Positions 12,171-26,219 of a stretch of 64,000 nt of DNA are shown piece by piece (position 1 is the first letter of the stretch; each line of letters begins with the position of its first letter). A program made the position numbers and the translations under genes. The notes under the pieces were generated by a model that saw only the letters and a program-made list of their open reading frames with translations, did not search any database and was not told the origin of the DNA. Location: contig JAAOMT010000690.1 in the NCBI GenBank assembly GCA_016748015.1, forward strand, positions 62,001 through 126,000. The letters are read 5' to 3'. Source of the DNA: Geosiphon pyriformis uo1 (Eukaryota; Fungi; Glomeromycota).

Positions 12171-14783
12171 AAAATTAGCTTTGTGTAAAAGACAGTTTCT
12201 AGATTATTTTCTGTCTCAATTGCCAGTTTTAAATAATTAATTGATAATACAAGTTTTTTTACTAACTTCTTCCAATAAAATATCCAAATTATAAGCTATT
12301 ATTTTTACAAACAAGATAAATAAAAGCATCTTAAAAAAATTTTTAAACATCTAAATATTATAATTTTCTATAGTTTTTGTTATATATACTGAATTTTTTC
12401 TGATTAAAAATAATTATCTAACTGTCAATTAATCTACTTAAGCTAATTTTGCAAATTCTACCATAGTTTTTTGTTATAGTCTAATTAATTATAATTAAAT
12501 TGACACAATTTGACCAAACTTAAATACTGTAATAATAATTATTTTTTTTGATATGTTCATGAGAATTTCTTTGATTAGCACAGTCTAATTTGAACACATT
12601 TTTTGTTTTTTAAGATTATTGATTAATAAAAAAAATTTTCTTATTGCTTAAGATTTTGCTATTGTTGATTTGTCTTTTACAGCCAAGAAATTAATGTTCA
12701 AAGCAAAAAATTTTCTAATAAATACCTCTACTTGGATCTTGGTAATATTTAAGTTAATTTATTTTTTATTCAAAGATACTAAAAGACAAAAAAAAAGCAA
12801 AACTTTATTATTATTTAATATTCCAATAAAAAAACCAATTATTTTACCAATGTTAATTTTTTTGGCTTTAAAAATATTTATGTTTGAGTTAAAGTAATCT
12901 TTATTTTTATTGCCAGTTTTATAACTAGCATTATTATTAGCAAAAAAGACTATTAGCACTTTTTTATTTGTGTTCATTCCATTAAACTGTCTAATTATCT
13001 ATTTAACTCTTCCAAATTTTATGTTTACTTTATTTTTTGAATACTTAATATTATTTAAAAACACTTTTTGTTATTGAATCAAACTTTTATTAACTGAACC
13101 TGATGCCAAAGCTCTTACTGATTTTTTTTTAAACAGAAAAAAAACTTTTTTAAAAAATATTGACTTTTTTAAAAATTTAAAACAAAGAAAAGAAAGAGTT
13201 TCTTTTTTTAAATTAAATTTTTTTTATATTAAGATTTAATAAATATGATCCAATTATTATTTAAAAATTAAAAACAAATTAAGTGTTCTAAAACTAAATG
13301 TGATTTATGCATTTTTTACATATAATTAGTTACTTAAGCCAGTTTAGACTATGCTATATTGATATAATAGAAAAAAACTTATCCAAAACTGATATTTTTT
13401 GAACTATATTAAACAATTTAATACTACAAATAATCAATCCAACCAGTCATTCAATTATTTTTAAGAAATTAGTTTTAATAATATTAGATTTATGCATTCA
13501 AAAAAACATCAAGTTAAAAAATATATTATCATTAATGTTAATTAGTAATTTTGAATTATTAAACATATTAATATTATTTATGCAGTACTTTTTTTTTAAT
13601 AAGACTATCTTTATTCTTAATTTACTAACAACTTTGCTAAAAAGCCCAAATAAATTATAAAATTATTAATTTTAAGACTAAAAACACTGCTTAAAACCAA
13701 ATTATTATTGATAAATTGTTTAAAGCCAATAAACTTAACAATTAATTCAACTAAAATAGAAAGTTTGGTCAAATCAGATTACAAAAAAATCAACTAAAAA
13801 AACATTATAAAATTACCAACAATTACAAAAAAAAGAGCAGAGGTTATTAAAAACAGAAACTTAAGAGAGCTTAAAGAAAAAAAAGCTTTAGTATAAGACT
13901 TAGCATTTATAAAACATGGTATAAACACCTTGGAAATCTTGTAACTTTTGAAAAAGAGATAAAAACATTTTATAGTTTACAGTTAAATGGTTTACTTTTT
14001 AATACTTAAAACAATACTAACAACTAAAAGTTTTTTACCAAATACAATACTTTTTTAGTGTACTAGTTTTGACTACTGCAGTATTTAAATTAATCTAAGA
14101 TCTAAATCTAATTAAAGCAAATTGAAAATAATGACCAAAAATAAAAAAACAAAGAATAAAGCATGTTCAATTACTGTTATCCAAATAAAAAAACCAATTC
14201 AAGTTATAAAAAAACATAATTAAAACATAATAACATAAAATAATACAGGATAATACAAAAAAACATAGAATAATATGTAATAACTTAGATAATACAATAT
14301 AGCATTAAAAAACTAGTTAAACTTAGAATAACTAGTAATAACATAGAAAAACAAAGCAATAACAGAAATAGCAAGCAAAAATTAGTAATAATGAAATGAT
14401 TAAAAACAGTTTTATAGAATTAAGAGAAATGTATAAAAAGAGAATAGTTGTAGAAAATAAAAAAACAGGCAGATAGACAAAAATCAACTTCTTTTTATCT
14501 ATATTTATTACATATTCCTTGTTATATCTTATATTTTTTATTATTAAAATAAAAAAATATTAAAAACTCAAAATTTATGTTTATATAATTTCTGTATTTA
14601 TGTGTTTTAGCTGAATTAATCTTGTTTTTATTTTCATTTCTGGCCAGATGCTTTTAGCATAAAACCACTTCGAATTATTATGACTTGGATTAATTACTCT
14701 TAATTATGATAATTAATAATATTAATTTCTTCTTTTTTATTTTGATTTTTATTTTTTTATTTTTATTTTTTCTTGTAGAGCAG
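12171..14783. mobile_element. Highly degenerate AT-rich transposon relics (family not resolved)
   Basis: CpG-depleted with no credible ORF; patches resemble LINE ORF1 and an LTR remnant (TATA-like gtataaaaag at about 14431). Confidence 0.35.
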
Positions 14784-17700
14784 TGTTACAAATGATTATT
14801 TGGAGTCTCAAATCAAATAACAAATCTGTAACTTGGTGCTTAATATCTTAATAATACTAGTAATACTAGTATATTGGTTGTATCTGAAGGTTTTAGAGTT
14901 GAGTTCTTTGTATAATAGACAGAAATTTAATAACAATGTGGTTGGTAAGTTGTTTTTCCAATTTCTGTTTTCAGTGTAGTGACCAGTTTAATCTGGTAGT
15001 TGTGCTTTTCTGGTAAGCTATCCATTAATATATATATTTTTACTCTTATTTCTGGGTCTTTTACCAGACTATCCGTGACATCAATAATTCAGTGCTTTAA
15101 TCCTCAATCAATTAGTACAACAATAAGATCAAAACAAGAAAAAAAATAAAGAAAATAAGGAAAAAAATAAAGAAATAAATGAAAGCAATTGAAAGTTAGT
15201 ATTCTGTTAATAGCCATAATTAAGAGCTATTGTTCTAGTGTTTTTAAGTATCAATTGCTATCAACATGAAGTGTTAATAATAGAGAGTGAATTGAGATAG
15301 TGAATATTTATTTATTTAATATTCATGAATGGAAAGTTGCTTAAATCAAATCTAAACTGAGAGGTCTCTAACTAAAAGATTTTTTTTTTGTAATTTTAAT
15401 AATTATGATTTGCAAGTCTAATTGATTCTATAAGTCTAATTGATTTCACAAATTAATTGACTCTAAGTTCCATTGACTAATTTTCTAACTTCTGATACTA
15501 CTGCTATATATACATATTTGAGATTTCTCAATTTCTCAATTCTTCATGTTAAGAATCTTGAAATTTCTGGAATTCTGCAATTTTTTTGAGAGAAATTCTG
15601 GAATCCTGCAATTTCTCCTATAAGAATTCTGCAATTCCTGAAATCTTGCAATTCTTCTAAGAAGAATCCTGGAATTCCACATTTATTATGTCTACATATG
15701 ATTGGCTAATTTATATGCTAATATACTTCCTATATTTTATGAGTAACATTATTCCCTCCTTTAATATTGAGCTCCTGTGAAATCTTCTAAATCTCTCTTT
15801 TGTATCAATGTTGTTGCAGTAATTTCTATTGCTATTTGTAAATCTAATTTTATACGTAACTGGGGTTTTTAACTGTAGTGGTCTGTCCAGAATATCCATG
15901 TTCAAATCTTGTATCTGTATTATGTGCATGTTCAGACATAATGCCCTTATTATTATCACTAAATTTAGTTAATTCCTGTTTTATTTTAAGATCTAGAAGT
16001 GTGATATATTGTTTGGTGTTTGAAGTGAAGTTTGAATTGTTGTTGGTGGAGTTTAAATCATCATTGTTATTTAGCAGAGTTTAAATTATTGTTGTCATTA
16101 GCAGAGTTTGAATTGGAATTAAGTTCTGATTCTGATTCTTACTGATTGGCTCATCTTCTTTGGAGTTTGAATATATAATGCGTGGAAGTAGATTGTAACT
16201 TGGAGCCATCAGGTGAGTTTTGATGATTTGTTGATTGATTTTGGTACTGCTGATTCTCAAATTCTTTTTTCTTTTCTAAGTTTTTTTCATATTAACACTT
16301 TCCCAACACTGACTTTTGGTATAGAAAAAGGCAGTCTTCACACAAGTAAGTATGAATCTGGGTAGTTTTTTCTGGAATTCTTCCACTGGGTCTTTAAATA
16401 ATTGGAGTTTTGAATTTCTAGAGGTTTTTAATGAGTTTTATCTGAAATAAGTTTTCTTGTCCAATAGTGGGGTTGGACTTATTGGGTTTCAAATGTTCGG
16501 AGTTTTAACTTTTAACAAGTTTTACTAAAGATAAGTTTTTTTCTATACTAGCGGGGTTAGAATTTATTGGGTTTTGAATGTTCGGGTTTTGAACTATCAA
16601 GTCAAGGTTTTAACAATCAGGTTTTGAATAATCAAAGTTTCAATTTAACGAGTTTTTTAAAAGTAATAGTAAAATAAGAATTTTGTGAATTCTAAGTGAT
16701 TTTCTCTTGTTTTCTCTTGGTCTGCCACTTTTGGATGGTTGTTGGTTGGTGCTGGTTCTCTGTAGGATTATATCTCACAAAGAGCACCAAATATTACAGA
16801 TGATTATTTGGGGTCTTAAATCAAATAACAAATCTGTAACTTGGTACTCAATATTTTGATAATGCTGGTAATACTAGTATGTTGGTTGTATCTGAAGGTT
16901 TTAGAGTTGAGTTCTTTGTATAATAGACAGAGATTTGATGACAATGTAATTGGTAAGTTGTTTTCTCAATTTCTGTTTTTAGCATAGTGGCCAGTTTAAT
17001 CTGGCAGTTGTGTCTTTTTAATAAGCTATCCATTAATATATATATTCTTACCTTTATTTCTGGGTCTTTTACCAGACTATCCGTGATGTCAATAATTCAG
17101 CACTTTAATTCTCAATCAATTAGTACAACAATAAGATCAAAACATGAAAAAAAATAAAGAAAATAAGAAAAAAAATAAAGAAATAAATAAAAGCAATTAC
17201 AAGTTAATATTCTGTCAATAGCCATGATTAAGAGCTATTGTTCCAGTGTTTTTAAGTATCAATTACTATCAACATGAAGTGTTAATAGTAGAAAGTGGAT
17301 TGAGATAGTGAATAATTATTTATTTAATATTTGTGAATAGAAAGTTGCTTAGATCAAATCTAAACTGAGAGATCTTTAACTAAAAGATTTTTTTTTTTTG
17401 TAATTTTAATAATTATAATTTGCAAGTCTAATTGATTCTATAAGTCTAATTGACTCTGTGAATCAATTGACTCTAAGTTCTATTAACTAATTTTCTAACT
17501 TCTAATACTACTATTATATATACATATTTGAGATTCCTCAATTTCTTAATTCTTCATGTCAAGAATCTTGGAATTTTTGGAATTCTGCAATTTTTTTGAG
17601 AGGAATCCTGGAATTCTGGAATCTTGTGATTCTTTTTATGAGAATCCTGCAATTTCTGAAATCCTGGAATTTCACATTTACTATGTCTACCTATGATTGG

Positions 17701-20700
17701 CTAATTTATATGCTAATATACTTCCTATATTTTATAAGTAATATTATTTCCTTCTTTAATATTAAGCTCCTGCAAAATCTTCTAAATCTCTCTTTTGTAT
17801 CAATGTTGTTGTGGTAATTTCTATTGCTATTTGTAAATCTAATTTTATACATGATTGGGGTTTTTAACTGTATTGATCTGTCCAGAATATCTACGTTCAA
17901 ATCTTGTATCTGTATTATATACATATTTAGACATAATGCTCTTATTATTATCACTGAATTTAGTTAATTCCTGTTCTATTATAAGATCTAGAAGTGTAAT
18001 ATATTGTTTGGTGTTTGAAGTGGAGTTTTGAATTGTTGTTAGCAGAGTTTAAATCATCATTGTCATTTAGCAAAGTTTAAATATATAATGCATGGAAGTA
18101 GATTGTAACTTGGAGCTTTCAGGTGAGTTTTGATGATTTGTTGATTGATTTTGGTACTGCTGATTCTCAAATTCTTTTTTCTTTTCTAAGTCTTTTTTGT
18201 ATTAACACTTTTCCAACACTGACTTTTGACATGTAAAAAGACAGTTTTCATACAAATAAGTATGAATCTGGATAGTTTTTTCCGGAATTTTTCCATCAGG
18301 TCTTTAAATAATTGAAGTTTTGAATTTCTAAAGATTTTCAATGGGTTTTATTTGAGGTAAGTTTTTTTGTCCAATAGCAAGATTGAACTTATCAGGTTTT
18401 GAAAGTTCAGAGTTTTAATTTTTAACAAGTTTTACTAAAGATAAGTTTCTTTTTACACTAGTGGGGTTAAAATTTATCAGGTTTTGAATGTTTGGGTTTT
18501 GAACTATCAGGTCAGGGTTTTAACAATCAGGTTTTGAATGATCAGAGTTTTAATTTAACGAGTTTTTTAAAAGTAATAGTAAAATAAGGATTTTGTGAAT
18601 TCTAAGTAATTTTCCCTTGTTTTCTTTTGGTCTGCCACTTTTGGATGGTTGTTGATTGGTGCTGGTTCTCTGTAAGATTATACCTTACAGGGAGCACCAA
18701 ATGTTACAGATGATTATTTGGAGTCTTAAATCAAATAACAAATCCGTAACTTGGTGTTCAATATTTTAATAATGCTGGTAATACTGATATGTTAATTGTA
18801 TCTGAAAGTTTTAGAGTTGAGTTTTTTGTATAATAGACAGAGATTTGATAATGATGTGATTGGTGAGTTGTTTTCCCAATTTCTGTCTTCAGCATAGTGG
18901 CCGGTTTAATCTGGCAGTTGTGCTCTTCTAGTAAGCTATCTGTTAATATATATATTCTTACCCTTATCTCTGGGTTTTTTACCAGGCTATCTGTGATGTC
19001 AATAATTCAGCGCTTTAATCCTCAATTAATTAGTACAACAATAAGATCAAAACAAGAAAAAAAATAAAGAAAATAAGGAAAAAGATAAAGAAATAAATGA
19101 AAGCAATTGCAAGTTAGTATTCTATCAATAGCTATGATCAAGAGCTATTGTTCTAGTATTTTTAAGTATTAATTGCTATCAACATGAAGTGTTGATAATA
19201 GAGAGTGGATTAAAATAGTGAATAATTATTTATTTAATATTCATGAATGGAAAGTTGCTTAGATTAAATCTAAACTGAAAGGTCTTTAACTAAAAGATTT
19301 TTTTTTTTGTAATTTTAATAATTATGATTTGCGAGTCTAATTGATTCTATAAGTTTAATTGACTCTGCAAATCAATTGACTCTGAGTTCTATTGACTAAT
19401 TTTCTAACTTCTGATACTACTGCTATATATACATATTTAAGATTCCTCAATTCCTCAATTTTTCATATTAGAAATCTTGGAATTTCTGGAATTTTGCAAT
19501 TCCTTTGAGAGAAATTCTGGAATTCTGGAATCCTGCAATTCCTCCTATGAAAATTCTGCAATTTCTGGAATTTTGCAATTCCTCTAAAAAAAATCCTGGA
19601 ATTCCACATTTATTATGTCTACATATGATTGGCTAATTTATATGCTAATATACTTTCTATATTTTATGAGTAACATTATTTCCTCCTTTAATATTGAGCT
19701 CTTGTGAAATTTTTTAAATCTCTCTTTTGTATCAATATTGTTGTGGTAATTTCTATTGCTATTTGTAAATCTAATTTTATATGTGATTGGGGTTTTTAAC
19801 TGTAGTGGTCTGTCCAGAATATCCACATTCAAATTTTGCATCTGTATTATGTACATGTTTAAACATAATGTCCTCATTATTATTACTGAATTTGGTTAAT
19901 TTCTGCTCCATTGTAAGATCTAAAAACATAATATATTATTTGGTGTTTGAAGCGGAATTTGAATTGTTGTTGGCAGAGTTTAAATTGTTGTTGTCATTTA
20001 GCAGAGTTTGAATTGTTGTTGTCATTAGTGGAGTTTGAATTGGAATTAAGTTTTGATTCTGATTCTCACTAATTGACTCATCTTCCTTGGAGTTCAAATA
20101 TATAATGTGTGGAAATGTATTGTGACTCAGAACCATCAGGTGAGTTTAGATGATTTGTTGATTGATTTTGGTACTGCTGATTCTCAAATTCTTTTTTCTT
20201 CTCTAAGTCTTTTTTGTATTGATACTTTTCCAATGCTGACTTTTGGCATAAAAAAAGGCAGTCTTTGTGCAAGTAAGTATGAATTTGGATAGTTTTTTCT
20301 GAAATTCTTTCACTGGGTCTTTAAATAATCAGAGTTTTGAATTTCTAGAGGTTTTCAATGGATTTTATCTGAGATAAGTTTTTTTGTCTAATAGCAGAGT
20401 TAGACTTATTAGGTTTCGAATGTTTAGAGTTTTAACTTTTAATGAGTTTTACTGAAGATAAGTTTTTTTCTACACTAGTGGAGTTAGAATTTATTAGGTT
20501 TTAAATGTTTGGGTTTTGAACTATTGGGTCAGGGTTTTAACAATTGGGTTTTGAATAATTTAAGTTTCAATTTAACAAGTTTTTTAAAGATAATGGTAAA
20601 ATAAGGATTTTATAAATCTTAAGTGATTTTCCCTTGTTTTCTTTTGGTCTGCCACTTTTGGATGGTTGTTGATTGGTGCTGGTTCTCTGTAGGATTATAC

Positions 20701-21677
20701 ATCACAGGAAGCACCAAATGTTACAGATAATTATTTGGGGTCTCAAATCATATAACAAATCCATAATTTGGTGCTCAATATCTTAATAATGCTGGTAATA
20801 CTAGTATGTTAGTTGTATCTGAAGGTTTTAGAGTTGAGTTTTTTGTATAATAGACAGAGATTTGATAATAATGTGGTTGGTAAGTTGTTTTCCCAATTTC
20901 TGTTTTCAGCATAGTAACCAGTTTAATCTGGCAGTTATGCCCTTCTGGTAAGCTATCTATTAATATATATATTCTTACTTTTATCTTTGGATCTTTTATC
21001 AGGCTATCCATAACATCAATAATTTAGTGCTTTAATCCTCAATCAATTAGTACAACAATAAGATCAAAACAAAAAAGAATATAAAGAAAATAAGAAAAAA
21101 GATAAAGAAATAAACAAAAGCAATTACAAGTTAGTATTTCATCAATAACCATGATTAAGAGCTATTGTTCTAGTGTTTTTAAATATCAATTGTTATCAAC
21201 ATGAAGTGTTAATAGTGAAAAGTAAATTGAAATAGTGAATAATTATTTATTTAATATTCATAAATAGAAAGTTGCTTAGATTAAATCTAAACTAAGAGGT
21301 CTCTAACTAAAGAATTCTTTTTTTTTTGTAATTTTAATAATTATGATTTGTGAGTCTTATTGATTCTATGAGTCTAATTGACTCTAAGTTCTATTGACTA
21401 ATTTTCTAACTTTTAATATTACTGCTATATATACATATTTGAGATTCCTCAATTCCTTAATTCTTCATGTCAGGAATCCTAGAATTTTTGGAATCCTGCA
21501 ATTTCTTTGAAAGGAATCTTGGAATTCTGGAATCCTGTGATTCCTCCTATGAGAATTCTGCAATTCTTGAAATCCTGCAATTTCTCTAAAAAGAATCCTA
21601 GAATTCTATATTTACTATGTTTACCTATGATTGGTTAATTTATATGTTAATATACTTCCTATATTTTATGAGTAACA
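14784..21677 (-). mobile_element. Tandem array of a non-autonomous LTR retrotransposon (4 LTRs, 3 internal units of about 1 kb), single TSD GCAG
   Basis: LTRs at 14784-15748, 16792-17743, 18702-19675 and 20719-21677 (TGTTAC...GTAACA termini). Minus-strand PBS (consensus TGGTGCTCCCTGTGAGG) next to LTR2-4, PPT (AAAGGAGGGAATAA-like) next to LTR1-3. GCAG at 14780-14783 and 21678-21681. Confidence 0.93.
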
Positions 21678-21689
21678 GCAGCAACAAAA

Positions 21690-23400
21690 AAAATTAATTG
21701 TCTAAAAATAGATTTCATAATAGCCTGGTAAAAAAAAGAAGCTTTTCTTAAGATTAAATATTAACATTATTTTGTTAGCTTACTAAAAAGGTAAAAAGAC
21801 ACTGCTAGACCTTAGTGACTGTGCTTAACTAATTTGAAAAAGATAACTTACCTACACAAAATTGTAACATTGTAAAATCATCTCTCTGTATCTTATAACC
21901 AAAGAACTTTACAGATAAAATTACATTAATTATAAAGAATCTTTAGAGATTGATAATACTAATACACTAAACAAGCCTACCAAAAGAAAACTATTAAAAG
22001 CTTTTTAGAACCCAAATTGTGAGCACTAAACATTACTACTACATACTATCAAGTTTATTCATAACACTACCAACCTAAAAAATTATATTACTAATCTTAA
22101 AAACAATACAGCCAGAAAAAAAATTGACCAACTTGGTTTTAAACTTATTATAAGACAAAATAGTCTTATTTTAATTAATAAAAAAGAAAATTCTAATAAT
22201 GTTATTGCTTATTAACACTAATTAATAATTTAAAACAGACATAATAACATTTAACTTTTTAAAATAAACAACAACATATTGCCAAACACCAATAGATTTC
22301 AGCACAATACAGATAATTTTATTATAAACATTAAGTACTGTCTTAATATCAATAACAAATATACTTAAAAACATATTACACAATATAATAACAGCAAAAA
22401 GAGAACTAAACTCAAAAACCATCAAAAATTTGGCAATTTTAAGAGTGATCAAATTAACAGAACTTGTAAGCTCGACCAAAAATACAGTTTTCAAAGACTT
22501 TTAAAAAACAAACTCTATGCAGAAAAGCTTCACATTGTTTTTTAATACTGATTTAATATTTAAAAAACCATATATAAACTGAAAAACAGTTTTAACATAA
22601 GCCAATTTAATCTTAAAAATAACACTAAACACCAAAGTAAAAGTTACTTATTTAATAAATTTTTAATAACTAAAAATAATTTCTTAAGCATTACTAATAG
22701 CAGTACTAAAAATCAATAGAGAAATTATTCAGTTTCTATTTAATTAATTCAATTTCCAAAAACAGATAATCCAACAAAAACCTGTTGTTTTGCTTTTAAA
22801 ACTAATAATAATCTGCTAAAAAACATTATATTTAACAATATAACCAGTAATTGATCTTGATTTATCTTGGATAATAAACCAAATAATACAACAGAGATTT
22901 TATTTAAGATTTTATTAAAAACTACAAAGAAATTTGGTATAACAATAGCAAAGATGAACAACTATTTCTATTTTTTGAATTTTTGGTTTTTTTAACTATA
23001 TTTTTTGAAAAAATAATATTAGAAGCATTAGATATAAAAACTATAAAAGAAAAAACCAGTTTATTAATTAGTTTGTTATTAAAAACTTTTGTGTTCTTGG
23101 AAAAAATAGAGACAACACTAAAATTAATTTAAGTGTGTTTCTTTAAAAGAACTTTGACTGGTGAAAACCAGCTAAAAATAAGAAAAATACTACAGTAATT
23201 ACCAAAAAAAAAGTACCAGTTGCAGTTTTTTTACTCTTTGTTCTAATTATAATCATAAAATTAAGGAAACAAAAAGTATTTTTTTTTAATCCTAAATTTA
23301 TTATTATTATTATTTAATAAGTAAAATTTAACTGCTATCTAGCATATAAAACCAGACTAAATGGTTCAAACTAAATATGACTTATGTACTTATAACATAT
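21690..23400 (-). mobile_element. Decayed LINE ORF1 remnant
   Basis: Fragment 22222-22494 (DIKTVL..VLKSIGVWQYVVVYFKKL) looks like an eroded RRM-type LINE ORF1; same strand as neighbouring LINE ORF2 pieces. Confidence 0.55.
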
Positions 23401-26219
23401 GGTTAACCACTTAAGCCAGACAAAACAACACTATACACTTATATAAATACTAATATTACTATCTAAACCAGAAAAAAAAGAGCACAGCATATGTTTACCA
23501 AAACTAATAACAAAAGACTTAATAATACCAAGCATATAAACCACTTTATCTGAACAATTTTTTATTAAAACACAAGACAAACCAAAAACCAAATCTTTAT
23601 TATTTATTAAACCAGCTTTTTTAATACTTACTCTATATTTAAATTTCATAATTCATATCTTCAAACAATATTTTTTTACCAAATGTCTTATAAATTCAAT
23701 CACTATTGCAATTATTTTCTTTTTTTTCTCTTTAAAAGTTATAAAAACTTTAATATATCAATTTTTTAACACAAAATTTTTACAAATTATGACATACAAA
23801 TTTATATTCAATAAACACTTAGTAAGAATTCTCAAAACAGCAGAAAAAAAAGCATTAGTGCTAATTAATAAAACCTAAAGATCTAAAAGCTTTACTAATA
23901 TTTTATTACAAATATCAATATCTTTAACATAAATAAAAACATGATCTGGTATTTCAATCTTACTGTAAAGCAAATACAAAACACTAAAATACAATCTGTT
24001 ATATAATTTTTTTCTAATTACTATCAACAGTTATTTATGTATAATTTTTATTAGATAAGTATACAGATTAATTAACTTTTTACTAGTAAATTCAAACAGC
24101 ATGTGCAAATCAGAGTGTTATATCTGTGCAGTAGACATCCAATTTACTTTTTTATTCAAGGCATAAAAAATCATATTACATTTAGAGCCAGCCTTTTAAT
24201 AAGCATAACTAATTAATTTATATATATTACAAATAAAATAACAAATATTGCCAAATACAGCTGTGCTATTAGCCACTATATAGCATTTATTTATTCCAAT
24301 TAGCAACAAAAATAGAGAAAAAGCAGCTGTTTTTGCCAATAAGTCAGTCTTAACATTGCTTGGAATACTCAAATAGTCTTAAACTTTTATTTATTAATTA
24401 AAAAATTCTTATCCTTTATTAAATTACCAATATGTTTTTTTTCTATTCAGCACTAATTGTAAAAGTTTGGTGCAGTAAATTTAGTCTTAGAAAAACAAGC
24501 ATCAATAACAGTCTGGCTATTTAGATACAAAACTACTGTATAAAAAGATAGAACATATTTTAAAAACAAAGCAATAGTCTGTAATTTGGCCATTATAAAA
24601 AACAAAAATCTATAAACTACAATATTAACACTCATATTTATTATTGAAAAATAAGTTATAATCCTACTAGCAATCTTAACAGAATCCATATTTTTTAAAG
24701 ATTTATCTGTATATATTTTAATAGCTTTTAACCAAATATCATGCAAATTTTTACACATCTCTAAAAATTTATCAGATTTCAGAACATTTACACCAAGAAA
24801 ACCATCAGTTTTAGCTAAATTCAACACCAAAAAACCATTATTACACAAAAATTTTGAAGTCAAAATAAACCAATAAGATATAAAACCTCTAGAATCCAAT
24901 TTTTTATATATATAAAAAGACTTTTAATCTATTATATTGTTTTTTTTGTTCAACAGTTTATTACTAAAAGTAATACCAAATTTTTTTAGAAAGCAAATCA
25001 AATTATAGTACAAAAATTTTTCCAAAATGTTTGATATTAAAAACTTTCTAGAATAACAGAATGTATTAAATAAATTGTTTGATAAAAACAGTTTATTAAG
25101 TAAAAAAATTTTTACTATTTTAGCCAAAAAATTGTTTATTAAGTTAACATATAATCTAACAAAAAACTGCAAAAAATCCAAAAGAGTCTATTCCAAAATC
25201 TGCAAGTTCAAAAATCTGTGTTTAAACAAACATCCCAAGATACTTGAGATATTAGAAAAAATGACCACTAATGTTAACTTATTTTTGGTCTAAATCTGCT
25301 TAAAAAGCTTTAAACTATATAAAAAAATAATATAAAGTTTTATTGAAAAAGTTTTTTGGCAAATTGGCTTTGGACTTGAGATTTTTTCTAATTATAGTAT
25401 TTTATTTATGATGTTACAGATGATTATTTGGGATCTCAAATCAAATAACAAATTCATAACTTGGTGCTTAATAGCTGATCTTATGGATAATATTTGAAGG
25501 TGTTAGTAATCTGAAGATTTTGGTGGAGTTTTTTGTATAATAAACAAAGATTTAATAGTTGTTTCAATTGTCTTTCAGAATCACAATTCCATCAATTTTT
25601 TTCTTAGCATAGTGGCCAGCAATCTTCTGGTAAGCTATCCTTAATTACAAGTGTCTACTTTTATTCCTGGATCTTTTACTAATGCTATATTCTGATGTCA
25701 GTACTCCATGCATTAATTTTTTTAATCAATTAGTAAATTAACAATAAACAAAAAGAATAAAAAAAGAATAAAAAAAATAAAAAAAATATTGAAAAGAGAA
25801 ATAAAGAGAGAAGCCAAGACAAAAAAATTTAATATTTCATTAATAACCATGATCAAGAGCTATTATTCCAGTGTGATTAAGTATCAGATATTATCAACAT
25901 AAAGTGTTAATAGTGGGAAGAGTAATTTAAATGGTAAATAATTATTTTATTAATATTGATAATTCTAATAAAGCTGTTTTAACCAGAAAATTTTGGTATT
26001 AATTCTCTTTTTTTTGCTTCTAATACTCTTGCTATACAGTAAACTCTCTTTATAATCACACCTTTTGGTCAGCACATTTGTGGTGACTATAAAGAGATAG
26101 GACTATAAAAAATGATTAATATTTTATAACATGATCTATATATCATATGTATAATATAATAACCAATTATATATATTTTATTTAAAAAAGCTATCTATTT
26201 GCAACTGATTTTTTTCTTC

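Noticed and set aside
15560-15680. Short palindromic GGAATTCC-like repeats that could suggest a CRISPR array
   Set aside because: No unique spacers and no cas genes; they are U3 repeats present in every LTR copy.
15711-21011. Recurring small ORFs (MIIIRALCLN..., MDSLLK...) and LTR ORFs 34885-35088, 51295-51540, 59266-59511, 63242-63445
   Set aside because: They recur only because the repeats recur; they are out-of-frame readings of dUTPase remnants or LTR sequence.
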